DNA of 64,000 bases, from contig NC_092353.1 of the NCBI RefSeq assembly GCF_963676685.1, positions 4,526,001 to 4,590,000 on the forward strand. Direction: 5' to 3'. The notes under the pieces are model-generated. The model was not told the origin of the DNA. It did not search any database and was given only the letters and a program-made list of their open reading frames with translations. Shown here piece by piece: positions 12,439-23,044 of the stretch. The translations under genes and the position numbers were made by a program. Position 1 is the first letter of the stretch. Every line of letters starts with the position of its first letter. Source of the stretch: Mytilus edulis. Taxonomy: Eukaryota.

Positions 12439-15400
12439 ACATAAAGTCAGTTTTTTTTGTTTTTTTTTGTTTAAGAACAAATTTCCTCAAAATAGGTCAA
12501 TTTTTTGAATGACGTCATTAATTGGTATGTAACGTCACGAACGTCAAGTTTTCATATTGTATGTGACGTTACGAACATCAAGTTTTCACAACATATTTTT
12601 TGGAACACTAAATGCAACTATAAAAATTACAAAACACTCAAATAAATACCATTATAAAACAAAAATATTTTTAAAACAACAGATTATAAGGTAACCCAGG
12701 TGCTTCCTATAAATAATTGAGCAGTTATTTTTTTAAAGGCTTTGAAACAAGACAAAAGCAGAACTGAAGGTAACCCAGTGCAGCTATGGATTAGAAAACA
12801 TCTCATATAATATTATACTCTTCTGTTGAAATATATGATAAAGCGTATAATACATGGCAAAATCCGTATCACATGCCGTATCACCCTCGACCAATATCAT
12901 CCCTCGGGCCTAAAGGCCCTTGGGCTGATATTGATGTCTCGGGATGATACGACATATGATACGGATTTTGCCATGTATTATTCTCTATGTATTCTACTAC
13001 TCTAATAATAGTGCAGTGCAAGTGCATATTGGATACTCTCCTGTAATAATTCGATTGTCTTATATATTGGATTTGAGTAGGCATTCAAAGGAGTAGGTCC
13101 GGTCAGGGCCGATTTTGGCCTCAAATTTCAAATTCATCGAACGAAAGATGTTGGACACTTTTTAAACACTTAAGTGTCTATTTAAATTAGTTTTTGTAAA
13201 GAATTTTAATTGATTTAGTAATTAAAAACGCTCCGATTCAAGCTTAAATATGAAAAATCTATCAAATATGCAAAAAAACGTCCTTTTTCGAATGATTTTT
13301 GTCAAAAATGAAAGTGGCCGCATCTGTGTTCATCCTCAACCTTTATATATGTTATGTATTATCATCAAATACAACTTACATTTTAATATTATGAATGAAC
13401 ACGAATGCGGCCACTTCCATTTTAGACGGAAACCGTTTAAAATTTAACTAAAATGCTCAAATTGTGAAGATTTCAGTAATTTAGCATGACTTAATGATGC
13501 TAGTACCCGATATATGTGCATTGTTTTGTCAATAAGAGCCCATATTTATGTAGCAGAAGCATTCTACTTTCCAGTAAATAGCTAAAAGATTACATTTTCA
13601 TACTTTTGTAAAACTGCTATATTTTGGGGCCAAAAAGGGTTCTTACTGAACCTACTCCTTTCGTGCAAAACGTTCTTGATATATTCTTCCGCCATATCAA
13701 TATTTTCTTTTCTTTTGTGTATTATTCTATTCTTACCAAATAATTGACATAATTGGAAATGATAGTAACACTTACATCTTTAGTACTGCAACCGAGACGA
13801 AAAGCCTGATGTAAATCGTTAGTAAATGACTGGGCACTGAAACAGTACTGTAATATAATTTTAAGTTTTATTGTACATTATAAATATAATGAGAAACATG
13901 AGAAAAACTGTTTTATAACAAATCTTTAAAAGATTGTACAAAAGGAAATACTCATTCACATTTTCTGTTCTCCGTGAACAAAACCCGACCAAAGAACAGA
14001 TAACAAGACTATCACATACACCCTCCGAAATAGAATAAACATACACACAAAGATAAACCAAAAACATGGTTTAGGAAGCGCGACTGTGTAGTTGAGTCAA
14101 ACTAGTAATGTGCATGAACAAACATCTCTTTTTCCCTCTTAAGTTAAAATTTCATAAAATTAAAACACCCAATGATTTTTTTGGTCTTACTACCAAAAGG
14201 TTAACCACTAACTAAGCTACGAAAATAAAAGACATCTCATAATTTCAATAGCAGATTCAGTTTTAACTTGAACGTTGAAAATGTTTTGTGTCATTCAAAA
14301 TATCAAGGTGCTCATAGATACATGTAAGCATACTTCATTGGTGTCGAATTTTTTTCTCGAAATAAACAAAAATCATGTATTTTAACTGGTTTAATCGATA
14401 TAGGAAGATCAGGTATGAGTGCCAATGAGACAACTCTCCATCCAAGTCACAATTATAAAAGAAAACCATTAAAAGTCAATGTACGGTCTTCAACACGTAG
14501 CCTAGGCTCACACCAAACAACAAAAATTACTAGTGGTAAAGCATTGTTTTTCTTAAAAGGAATGCATCACGAGTCATATAAATAAGTAAATAAAATAAAA
14601 AAAAAAACATATTTAAGTAAGATTCTCTATTTTACTATCCTGCTTAACATAACATAAAGTCATAACGTTGTTTTATTGTTGGGGTGATGTCTCATTGATT
14701 TCCTTTTCTTTTTAATCACAACGAAGAGATAAAAGAAACAGCATCTTATCTGATGTTAGAAGATAACACGTGACTAATTACCTCATCATTACTGGAACAT
14801 GTCTTAAAGCTGGTACAGTTACCCGGATCATTGATATCAGTACAATCATAACATTTCAGGGCTTTAAAAGAAAACAGACAAATATATTATAATCGTCAAA
14901 GTATTGTTATAAAGTACATGTACATATTGAATATTGAAAAAGTCATAATGCATAGTACATACTAGGACTATCATACTGGTAAACAGAAAAACAATAGTAA
15001 ACAAAAACCTACAAGAAGAAAAATACAAATAAATTTTATAAGTATTTTTAGTTATTTGTTTGCACATCATACAAACTGTCGTGGTCTCGCGGTATAAGTA
15101 GAGGAAAACAGTTGTTTAGTTCGAACCAGCGCGTCACAATCGACTTTGTTTGATAATTTTCCTGCCCAGATCCGGTGGTTCTACATGTATTCTGGAACGC
15201 CAGCTTTTACACCAATAAACACCCACCATCGAGATTAAACAAAGAGTGCTTGCAGTGATGTTAAATACCACCAATCAATCAGTTCATCAAAAAGTCCTAC
15301 ATCTGTCATTTAATAAAGAAATTGGGGTTATGATTATATGTAAACTGTACATGGGTTGTGCTGTAATACTAAATTGTAAATGTTTTAAACGAAAATTTCC

Positions 15401-17794
15401 CTTGATATGGTCCTCTCAGGTACACAGTTTAAATCACCTGTAACCGGAGAGCTCGAATTTCATTACAAAATTACTTGTCTCCACCGGGACTCGAACCCGG
15501 GACCTCTGTGTTACAAGGCAGCGCGCTAACCGACTGAGCTAAAGAAGTACTTCCTTAGCTCAACCGCTTACGGCTGACTAAGTATCTACAAAATGTTCTA
15601 AGGGAAGCAATCCCGTCACACTCCCCCCACCTCAAGAGTCATCATACCATTATGACTCTCACACAAACATACCCTAGCTAGAATTCCTCTCTAACTACCG
15701 TGGGTTTTTTAGTTGGGCGCCAATGTAACCGGAGAGCACGAATTTCATTACAAAATTACTTGTCTCCACCGGGACTCGAACCCGGGACCTCTGTGTTACA
15801 AGGCAGCGCGCTAACCGACTGAGCTAAAGAAGTACTTCCTTAGCTCAACCGCTTACGGCTGACTAAGTATCTACAAAATGTTCTAAGGGAAGCAATCCCG
15901 TCACACTCCCCCCACCTCAAGAGTCATCATACCATTATGACTCTCACACAAACATACCCTAGCTAGAATTCCTCTCTAACTACCGTGGGTTTTTTAGTTG
16001 GGCGCCAATGTAACCGGAGAGCACGAATTTCATTACAAAATTACTTGTCTCCACCGGGACTCGAACCCGGGACCTCTGTGTTACAAGGCAGCGCGCTAAC
16101 CGACTGAGCTAAAGAAGTACTTCCTTAGCTCAACCGCTTACGGCTGACTAAGTATCTACAAAATGTTCTAAGGGAAGCAATCCCGTCACACACCAATTAT
16201 TGTCAGGTATCTATTGTCCATCTATTGTCCCTGTCAATCAATACAGCTCACTTCAATTATTATCTGTGGGGAAGTTCTCAAACCTGTTTCCAAACTTAGT
16301 TTATTTTGGCATTTCCTGGAGGAACGAAAAAAAGTGCACTGCAAAATCCTGGTAAGTTTCTATTTTTCTAAAACATTAAACATATTTGAAATTTATTTGT
16401 CTAGGGCATGATATGCCTTAAAACTTTTCCAGAGACTTCCCGAGGAAAATGATCCATTTTTGCACTTCAAGAAAATAAAAAGTCTAAAATGGAACTACCT
16501 TTAGAAACAGAAATTTCTTTTCAACCAAATACAAGATTTACCAATACCACAATCTGATTTGCAGGATGAACAGGAAGAAAACGTTATGGAAACGCATGGA
16601 GAACATTTTTTAGATACTGATAATTCACCGGAGTTGTATGAACTTTTACCGGCAGTTATCCAAACCCTTAAGAATGAAGGGGAAATGGACTCTTACGTGA
16701 AGTTCAATAGGCTTCTGGACGGGAATAAACTGCCTCTAAAATATATTGCATTCTTGTTATTTAAGGATGTTGTTTCGTGGTATTCGTTGGACGACTCTCA
16801 TAAAATGCGTTATTCCCCGGAGGTGAAACAGTTTTGGCGAATAGGCCTCAAACTTTTTAAGGGAAGGTTTCTGAGATTTATGTGTGGCATGAAAAATCAA
16901 GGTCAAGATATCCAGAGACATTTGAATCCCGAAGATTCAGCAATTAACTTTGCAGTACCAGATCGTAAATCATTATGGATGGCTTTGGTGTGTTCTAGAT
17001 CTGTTAGGGAGGATTTTGATGACACAACTAGTTGGCACACAGAACACTCATAGGTGGTTTTCTCCTCTTTGCTTCTATGGCAGGTATTGTGATGTTGAAG
17101 TAAAGATTTCTTGTATTGGTATGTTGCATTACAAATACTGCACCTTTCCTTAAGTGCAGTATCATGAGATGCAAGGTGACCCTTGTAGTTCCAAAGGGTA
17201 GCAAACCCCTTTTGGCAAACGTAACACTGATATCTAAACACCTTCTCGTGTATTGTTTTTACATGTAGTGAGAGTCCGTAAGTAGTTTTGTACATTTCCC
17301 ACAAATGCTGCAAAGTTGTGTTTTTGGTGTTATTTCATGTCCAGGAGATGGATGTTAACTATCCATGTGGCGTGTCAAGTTTCTTTTGTAGTTGCTTGAA
17401 AACTGACAAACGTTGCATTTAAACTCATTTTGATTTTCTGTCTCCACTTCAATCGTTACAAGCGATTCATCAATTCCTTCTATTTCGAAAGATTCATCCA
17501 TGGTCAATTTCTTAAATTTGAAAGAAACGAAACTTTATTTTCCTTGCATGGTTTTGTGTTGTGAAATAAAATATGTAGGTATGATGTTTTGCGTTTCAAG
17601 AAGATTGAAATTATGATATAAAATCCATCTTTAAAGTTTCAATAATCTTGATTGTCATCTAGGTAAATTAGGTGCACTATGCACTCCTGTTTACATGTTA
17701 AACGTTTGTTCATTGTTGAAGACCATAACGGTGGAAATGTGAAGTTTGCCGCTGTCAATGTCATATTCAAGCGCTGTATATGTAAAGCACAATA

Positions 17795-17829
<35 letters not shown>

Positions 17830-20724
17830 AGCGCTTAACGCTAATACATTATATATACTAATATAAAGCGCCGAAAAGGAGAAAGAGACATACTCGCTCT
17901 TTAAACTTAAAAAAATTAGGGTTTTCAATTTTATTTGATTTAGATCTTAATAATTAAGAGATGCATTTATAATATTTATCTTATACAAAAAAAAGGTTGT
18001 GGTTTTGAAGACAAGCGTCATAAATCTTAAAGTACCCCTTTTCACAAAAAGTCTTAAGTGTAGAATTAATGATCTTACCACAAAAATGTTTAGTTGAATT
18101 GTTAAGGAATATTTTAGACTTGCATGTAAGATGCATGTAACACTTAAGATTTTTAGTGAAAAGAGGTCGTACAGAATCATAGATTTAAAGTCCAGCGCGG
18201 AAGATCTAAAGTCCACATCTTAACATTTCAGCTCAAGCGCTCGGGATGTAACAAATCCAGTGGTCGACTTTATATCTACACAGCGCACGACTTTGTATCT
18301 CAATTGCTTGATTTTAAATCTTTAGCAGTGGATGGATTTGAAATCTGCAGCGCTGGACTTAACATTAACGGCTCTGGATTTTTATATCTCCAGCGCTTGA
18401 TTTCACCCTCAGTAGGAAGCAATCGCAAAATTATTGGGATCGAAATAAAATACCATGTTTAAAGTTAATAAGGGAGGGGTATTGTTTGTCTACATAACGA
18501 TGGGTTGTATGTTTACTTTTTATTGATAAATTTTGGAACAAGTCTATGTATCTTATTATATGAAAAATGGAACTCCAAATTGATTGGTGCTTTTACATGC
18601 TTTGTATCATCATAAAATCGTTTTAAAAAAAGAATTAACAATGCCATAGCAAGTCGAACAAACCGCGCTATATATTGCAGGATTGAAACACGAAGTTTTA
18701 ACAAATAAGTTCATTTTATGTTTTCTCCATTAATAAACAAACAAATTCAAAAATGTATCGTGTGTTTGTATTTGTCAGCTAGTTTGTTAATAATAATATA
18801 GATCTTACGTGTGCGTCATTGCACAATTCTGTGAATGTAAATGATAAGGACGTCTCGATTACTACTTACTTTGGAGTGAATTCAATAATTTATAGGAACA
18901 CGACAGCGAATGATATTAATATAAATATATAAAGAAGTTTATCAGATTTAAAAATATCCCAATGGTTATAAAATATAATCTGAGGTTTTTTTTTTAAAGA
19001 TATTTGATTTGTAAATTTCCTTTTTCTATATACATTTGTACTAAAATCGAGGTTTCTCATGAATACTGTAGCCAAAATCATTACTCTGCTCCCAAGCGAC
19101 ATTACAGAACTGCTCCAAGTGATAATACAGTCGAATGTTGTTTACCGACAAGCGACCGTACAGTGAAAATATTTAGTGACTTCTGTTTTCAAAGATTTAG
19201 AACTATTTGCTAGTGTAAACATGGTGAAGTTGAATATGATGAAAAATATATAATAATTCTTATTACACCAACTTAAAATTTTGTTAAAAAAACCTTTTAA
19301 AGTCAGATTTTCAGCTGAATGAAGACAATCATTTGCATAATTTGGGTCGGAGCTCTTACTTTTATTCCATTTTTTCCCTGTTTTCTTGCCTCTAGAATAT
19401 TTTCTGACCCCTGGAATATTTAAATATTATTGACAGATGCAATACCTTTCTCATATGCATTAAAAGTGAGCCCAGAGATAGTAATTATATAAAACACTTA
19501 CCTTCTCCGTAGCTGAAAATGCTCTCGAATGTCGGAGCCCCAATGACCAAAACATTAAAACACCGTACAGTTCCGTTCCCACACTGTGGTACAGGTAACT
19601 AAACAAGGTGTATAGATGAGAACAAATTTAATGTGAAACTAGTGTACATTACATTAAACCCAATGTAAACATGTTTACTGTACACGGCGTTTGGTGTGAA
19701 CACGGCCTTAAATGTCAACATTTTTTGACACAACATAAACTATGTCTCAGACAGATTCATGTAAGACAAATCATTGGATTTACATAAGATCTAGAGACCC
19801 AGCACCAGTCTTTGGTATATATAATACATACCACAGTTCCCACATGATCGTTTACAGAACCTAGACAGACATGAGTCGGTACAAGTATCTGGTACCCTGT
19901 GGAGTAACAAATTACACAGTATGTTGTCGACGTCTGAGCACAACTCAGAATTGACCACACTTATCAACAGCAAAGTAACTGAAAAACGAATGCAATTATA
20001 TTATCGTTTTTATTTTCAAGGGTATTCCATGGATTTACATAATTGAAATACATTAAAATATGTATTGATATGTTTGCAAATTGGGGAGGGTTGGCACCTT
20101 CACACATGTTTAGCACCGCCTTATTATGTATGTGCCTGCTCCAACTCATGAGTATATAGTTCAATGGCTGTCGTTTGATGCTGTATATCATATTGTTTTT
20201 CAATTTTTGTTTTGTACATAAATTTGCAGGTCGTAAATTTCTCGTTTGAATTGTTTTGTGTTTGTAATTTTGGGGCCTTTCATAGTTGACTATGTGATAT
20301 GCGTTTAAATTATTGTTAAAGGCCGTACGGACCTGTAGTTGTTTACCTCTACCCATTTGGTCTCTGTTGGAGAGCTGTCACCTTGGTAATCATACCACAT
20401 CTTTTTATAGCCAGGTTAGTCATGTATTTGGGATGACATACCTATCCCGTATGTATGATTATAAATATTCTGATGTTCTAGCTTGTCAAATATTTAGCTA
20501 TCATTGACGTACTAATATGTCTTCAAGAAATCTAAAGGTGTTCTTACATGCTAAATTTTATATACATTTAGTTTATCTTTGTCTGAAATATGGAAAGTCA
20601 TTAACATAATTATTGTTATTTCTATAATTTGATTTAAGAAGTTAAGACTGATATAAAAGTTCCTGTATCTAAACAATTCTTTCGATTTTAGATAAATATT
20701 ATTTGTCATACCTATAATCAACAT
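1261..20724 (-). CDS. Gene 1 (3'-partial): secreted ShKT-like/Ly6-uPAR tandem-domain protein, paralog of genes 2 and 3; remaining exons presumably lie left of the window
   Basis: Manually spliced GT-AG exons: 20712-20724 (ATG TTG ATT ATA G), 19832-19978 (TLLLISVVNSELCSDVDNILCNLLLHRVPDTCTDSCLSRFCKRSCGNC), 14782-14861 (LKCYDCTDINDPGNCTSFKTCSSNDE), 13776-13847 (YCFSAQSFTNDLHQAFRLGCSTKD), 5937-6069 (TCEQFASSQDKRVNFDAGCCNHDKCNNKQPS...), 5204-5335 (PTSGSDFCVNTDEDTCQRFALLYPNPCQYDCVKALCPHMCQQC), 4343-4416 (YCLNCDGISNPNQCQQITVCGNGT), 1261-1332 (VCYGYEKLNNDLQIVVELGCMDSQ). Phases are compatible and exon sizes match or nearly match the paralogs (13/147/80/72/133/132/74/72 nt). No exon 9 was found in 1-1260. 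Confidence 0.88.
1583..2341 (-). mobile_element. Non-autonomous Helitron
   Basis: Minus strand starts TC(TATAATACTAAAA) and ends with hairpin ACCCGTGATATCACGGGT followed by CTAG; inserted between A and T with no TSD. A second copy is at 9900-11051. Confidence 0.8.
2433..2467. other. 35-bp perfect palindrome flanked by a 7-bp direct repeat (P-element-like footprint)
   Basis: GTTCCAG | CAAGGATTTGTATAGT CTT ACTATACAAATCCTTG | GTTCCAG. Confidence 0.7.
3485..3781. mobile_element. Long-hairpin dispersed element family A (inverted copy at ~11255-11545)
   Basis: ~120-bp imperfect hairpin AGGGTTATTGCATGAATATTGGGGAATATTGTCCC...GGGACAATATTCCCCAATATTCATGCAATAACCCT plus a ~170-bp tail; reverse-complement copy near 11.3-11.5 kb. 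Confidence 0.75.
4657..4918 (-). mobile_element. Short Helentron-associated (HINE/DINE-1-like) element
   Basis: Sits next to an A-run; GACA/GACG microsatellite (4859-4878); short terminal hairpin ATGCCC..GGCCAT. Confidence 0.55.
6402..8432. repeat. 33-bp minisatellite, ~61 units, in intron 4 of gene 1
   Basis: Unit TACAGGTCTC(TA/TT)GTTTGTTTACAATCACTGACT, highly homogeneous; explains the 500-670-aa periodic ORFs. Confidence 0.97.
8511..9886. mobile_element. MITE / non-autonomous DNA transposon (Harbinger-like) with long degenerate subterminal repeats; SINE-like fragment inserted at ~9095-9297
   Basis: CAGTCCCACTAGACCACAATCGCA at left vs reverse complement CAGTCCCACTAGGCAACGATTGCA at right; ACGAT/CTACG-rich arms. 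Confidence 0.65.
9900..11051 (-). mobile_element. Second copy of the non-autonomous Helitron, interrupted by a hairpin element at 10426-10943
   Basis: Collinear similarity to 1583-2341 on both sides of the insertion (...GTAATTTTTA | ATCTACACC...). Confidence 0.8.
10426..10943. mobile_element. Long-hairpin dispersed element family B, no TSD
   Basis: Starts TTATCTTACC; internal inverted copy GGTAAGATAA, then a ~140-bp hairpin (10800-10938); ends GTAACTAATA. The empty site is defined by the Helitron copy at 2222-2241. Confidence 0.75.
11255..11545. mobile_element. Long-hairpin dispersed element family A, second copy in opposite orientation
   Basis: Reverse complement of 3485-3781 with scattered substitutions. 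Confidence 0.75.
11656..12255. mobile_element. Long-hairpin dispersed element family B, second copy
   Basis: Same termini (TTATCTTACC...GTAACTAATA) and same hairpin (12111-12250) as 10426-10943. Confidence 0.75.
12285..12990. mobile_element. Long-hairpin dispersed element family C with internal CCCGTATCGCATA repeats
   Basis: Hairpin ATAATACATGGCAAAATCCGTATCA...TGATACGGATTTTGCCATGTATTAT (~12847-12981); short tandem repeats at 12315-12405. Left boundary approximate. Confidence 0.55.
13087..13661. mobile_element. MITE (Kolobok-like termini)
   Basis: AAAGGAGTAGGTCCGGTCAGGGCCGATTTTGGCCTCAAA vs reverse complement AAAGGAGTAGGTTCAGTAAGAACCCTTTTTGGCCCCAAA; TSD not recognisable. Confidence 0.7.
15439..16190 (-). 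mobile_element. Tandem-array TRIM (LTR-int-LTR-int-LTR) with tRNA-derived Pol III cassette in each LTR (Helenus/TRIMp3-like non-autonomous LTR retrotransposon)
   Basis: Three 182-bp LTRs (15439-15620, 15724-15905, 16009-16190) read TGTGAC...GTTACA on the minus strand, with two 103-bp internal segments. PBS TGGCGCCCAAC (15712-15722, complementary to the tRNA-Lys 3' end) sits 1 nt after the LTR; PPT AGGTGGGGGGAG (15621-15632) precedes the next LTR. 4-bp TSD CACC at 15435-15438 and 16191-16194. Confidence 0.92.
15477..15548 (-). ncRNA. tRNA-like (possibly Thr-TGT-derived) cassette inside TRIM LTR; identical copies at ~15762-15833 and ~16047-16118
   Basis: Minus strand CTTCTTTAGCTCAGTCGGTTAGCGCGCTGCCTTGTAACACAGAGGTCCCGGGTTCGAGTCCCGGTGGAGAC: box A TAGCTCAGTCGG, box B GGTTCGAGTCC, intact T-stem CCGGG/CCCGG. 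Acceptor and anticodon stems are imperfect, so this is not a functional tRNA. Confidence 0.8.
16540..16970 (+). pseudogene. Fragment of an uncharacterised, probably transposon-encoded, protein
   Basis: Protein-like stretch LPLKYIAFLLFKDVVSWYSLDDSHKMRYSPEVKQFWRIGLKLFKGRFLRFMCGMKNQG...SAINFAVPD that stops abruptly where the antisense zinc-finger remnant begins. Confidence 0.5.
16970..17501 (-). pseudogene. Intronless C2H2 zinc-finger pseudogene (about 5 fingers), probably transposon cargo
   Basis: ATG at 17501: MDESFEIEG...FKCNVCQFSSNYKRNLTRHMDS*H (in-frame TAA), LCSICGK (frameshift) YKTTYGLSLHVKTIH, YQCYVCQKGFATLWNYKGHLASH, CSICNATYQYKKSLLQHHNTCH, YECSVCQ...; truncated at ~16970. Confidence 0.75.
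17789..17827. repeat. (TA)n microsatellite
   Basis: About 19 TA units. Confidence 0.95.
18180..18410. repeat. Degenerate ~20-bp tandem repeat
   Basis: Recurrent (A/T)ATCTCCAGCGCTGGA(C/T)TT-like motifs. Confidence 0.55.
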
Positions 20725-21089
20725 ATCAGTCCATAATTTCTCCGGCTTTTCTTATCAGAGATAAGTAAGGAAATGAACTTTAGGTAAATCAGTACTGTAA
20801 ATACAAGCCAGATCAATAAAGTGTCCTCTCGCAGGATGGTTGTTTCTGATAAACAAGGTACAAAACAGAACAAGGAAGTTAGGAACTAAGAAATAATCCT
20901 GATAAATACGGAGTTAAATATATCAAAATGGAAGCATTTGGCGATCAGTTCAAAACAAACTTCTTAGTGTTAAAACTGAAACGTAGAAGTGAAACTCATT
21001 CTTTCAAAAATGAGTTTCAATGACGTATTTTCATGTTATAAAGTCGTTGTCAGTTTCTAATTGACTTCGACAAGTTTGTGTCATCAGCC

Positions 21090-21720
21090 CTTTTTTCTAT
21101 GATTGTCAAACGATGAGAATCTTTCAGTATTTCGACTTACCTTTGGGATTGTCAAACGATGAGTATCGTTTGAGCTTTTAATTTTGCCATTTTATTAGGG
21201 ACTTTCTGTTTCGGAGTTCAGTATTTTTGTGATTTTACTAATTTTAGTTGACCAACTTATCTTTATGATTGTCGACCTACTGAACTATTTTTACCGTTTG
21301 GCAATCATAGAGGTTAGCCGATCTATTAAACGATTTTGATTGATTGACAATCACATATAAGTACGTCGGTTTTCTGAAACTTCTTATGGTTTGACGATCA
21401 GAAAGGTTAGTCGATCGACTTAACGATTCTTAATGTTTGACAATGATAATGATAAGTCGATTTACCATTCTATTAGGGACTTTTCGTTTTTTGAATATTC
21501 CTCGGAATTTAGTATTTTGTGATTTTACTTTTCTCAGTTGACCGACTTACACTTATGATTGTCAAATAATAGAAATCGTTCAGTAGACCGACTGACCTTT
21601 ATGGATGTCAAACGGTAAACATCGTAGTGGAAATTGCCTTATATTTGTGATTGTCAAACGATAAAAATCTTTCTATACATTAAACCTTGATCCTGTTCTA
21701 TTAGTCGACCTATCTATCAT
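21090..21720. repeat. Degenerate ~45-bp repeat in mixed orientations upstream of gene 1
   Basis: Recurrent CGACTTACCTTTATGATTGTCAAACGAT..GAATCGTT and its reverse complement (e.g. 21133, 21252, 21543, 21590 forward; 21300, 21388, 21436 reverse). Confidence 0.65.
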
Positions 21721-23022
21721 TGTGTCTCTCTTATTCTTTGAATGTTTTAGTCGTCAAATCAAACCTGATGCCCGTTTAACTCTGCGACTATTTCAGATCA
21801 TCCATCAATCCATCAGTCTGTGTGCCCTATAATCCCATAGAGCTTTTCCAATCATTCAATTAACCTTGGTGCTTATAAAACAAAATAATGTTTTTAAAAT
21901 ATATATACAGGCAAGTTCATGTTAAAAGCCAATCTGTCTAAGAATCAGGTAATGGCAAAATACAAGACAAACAAATCAAAACACCCTCAACTTTACATTA
22001 ATGCTAGTTTAAAATGTATAATAGAACACGAATACAAATTCGTTTCTTTTAAATGGTCTTGTATTCAAAGATATATTTGGTTGAAAATGCAAAAGAAATT
22101 TACAGTTAAGAGGAGCTTATATGCATAAAAAGAAGCATATGTGGTATGCCTGCAAATGAGACAAACTTAACACTTCACAAGTTATCAAATGATATAAAAA
22201 TAAACAATTGTTGGTCATTATTCGGCCTTCAACAATGAGCTATATAAGCCCATATCGCAAAGTCAGATATAAAAGACCCCTATATGACAAAGATAATAAA
22301 ATTAACGGTACCAATTTTCTTGCACCAGATGCGCATTTCGACAATACATGTCTCTTCAGTGATGCTCGTGGCCCAAAAAATTGAAATCCAAAACTTATAT
22401 AAAAGATGACGAGCTATAATCCAAAAGGTCCAAAAAGTATAGCCAAATCCGTGAAAGGATTCAAACGATTAAACTCAGTACTAAATTTATTTGCAAAACG
22501 ATGAAAGTGAAAAACAAAGTTGAGAATTGAAATTTAGAATGTTTCAAAGAGACAACAATCCGACCAAAGAGCAGAAAACAGCAAAAGGCCTCCAATGGGT
22601 CTTTAACACAGCAAATATTTGACGCATCAACACACGACAATCACTGAATTACAGGCTCTTGGCTTCGGACAGGCACATACCTACAGAGTGTGTAGAAAAT
22701 AACTCAGTAATTGGTTATTATTCTTACATTTGTACAAAACTTTACCTAGATATTACACAAATTAAAATACATGCAGAACCGAATTGCATTTCTAACTCGG
22801 GATGAGGGTAGTCTTAAATAGGATGGTTAGGTCGGCGGGCTGTTTTTCATCCATGTTTTTAAATATTTCTAAGTTGCCGGATATTCACAAAGACTAAGAT
22901 TTTAAGTATGGAGTGATTTGTTAAATTGACTGATAAATTGACTGATGACATACATTTACTTGAGGCATGATAAATCATAGATATTGGACGGATATAGTTG
23001 ATGATAGAATAATACAATTATT

Positions 23023-23028
23023 TTTATT
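23023..23028 (-). terminator. Candidate polyadenylation signal (AATAAA) of gene 2
   Basis: tttatt on + strand, ~17 nt downstream of the TAG stop at 23045-23047. Confidence 0.45.
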
Positions 23029-23044
23029 GAAATTATTTAAAGTA

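Noticed and set aside
15477-16118. Cluster of three tRNA genes
   Set aside because: Acceptor and anticodon stems are defective, and each copy sits inside an LTR bounded by PBS, PPT and TSD.
19502-19598. Possible extra exon of gene 1 (AG...G|GTAAGT)
   Set aside because: It has a stop in the phase required by the flanking exons and no counterpart in the paralogs.
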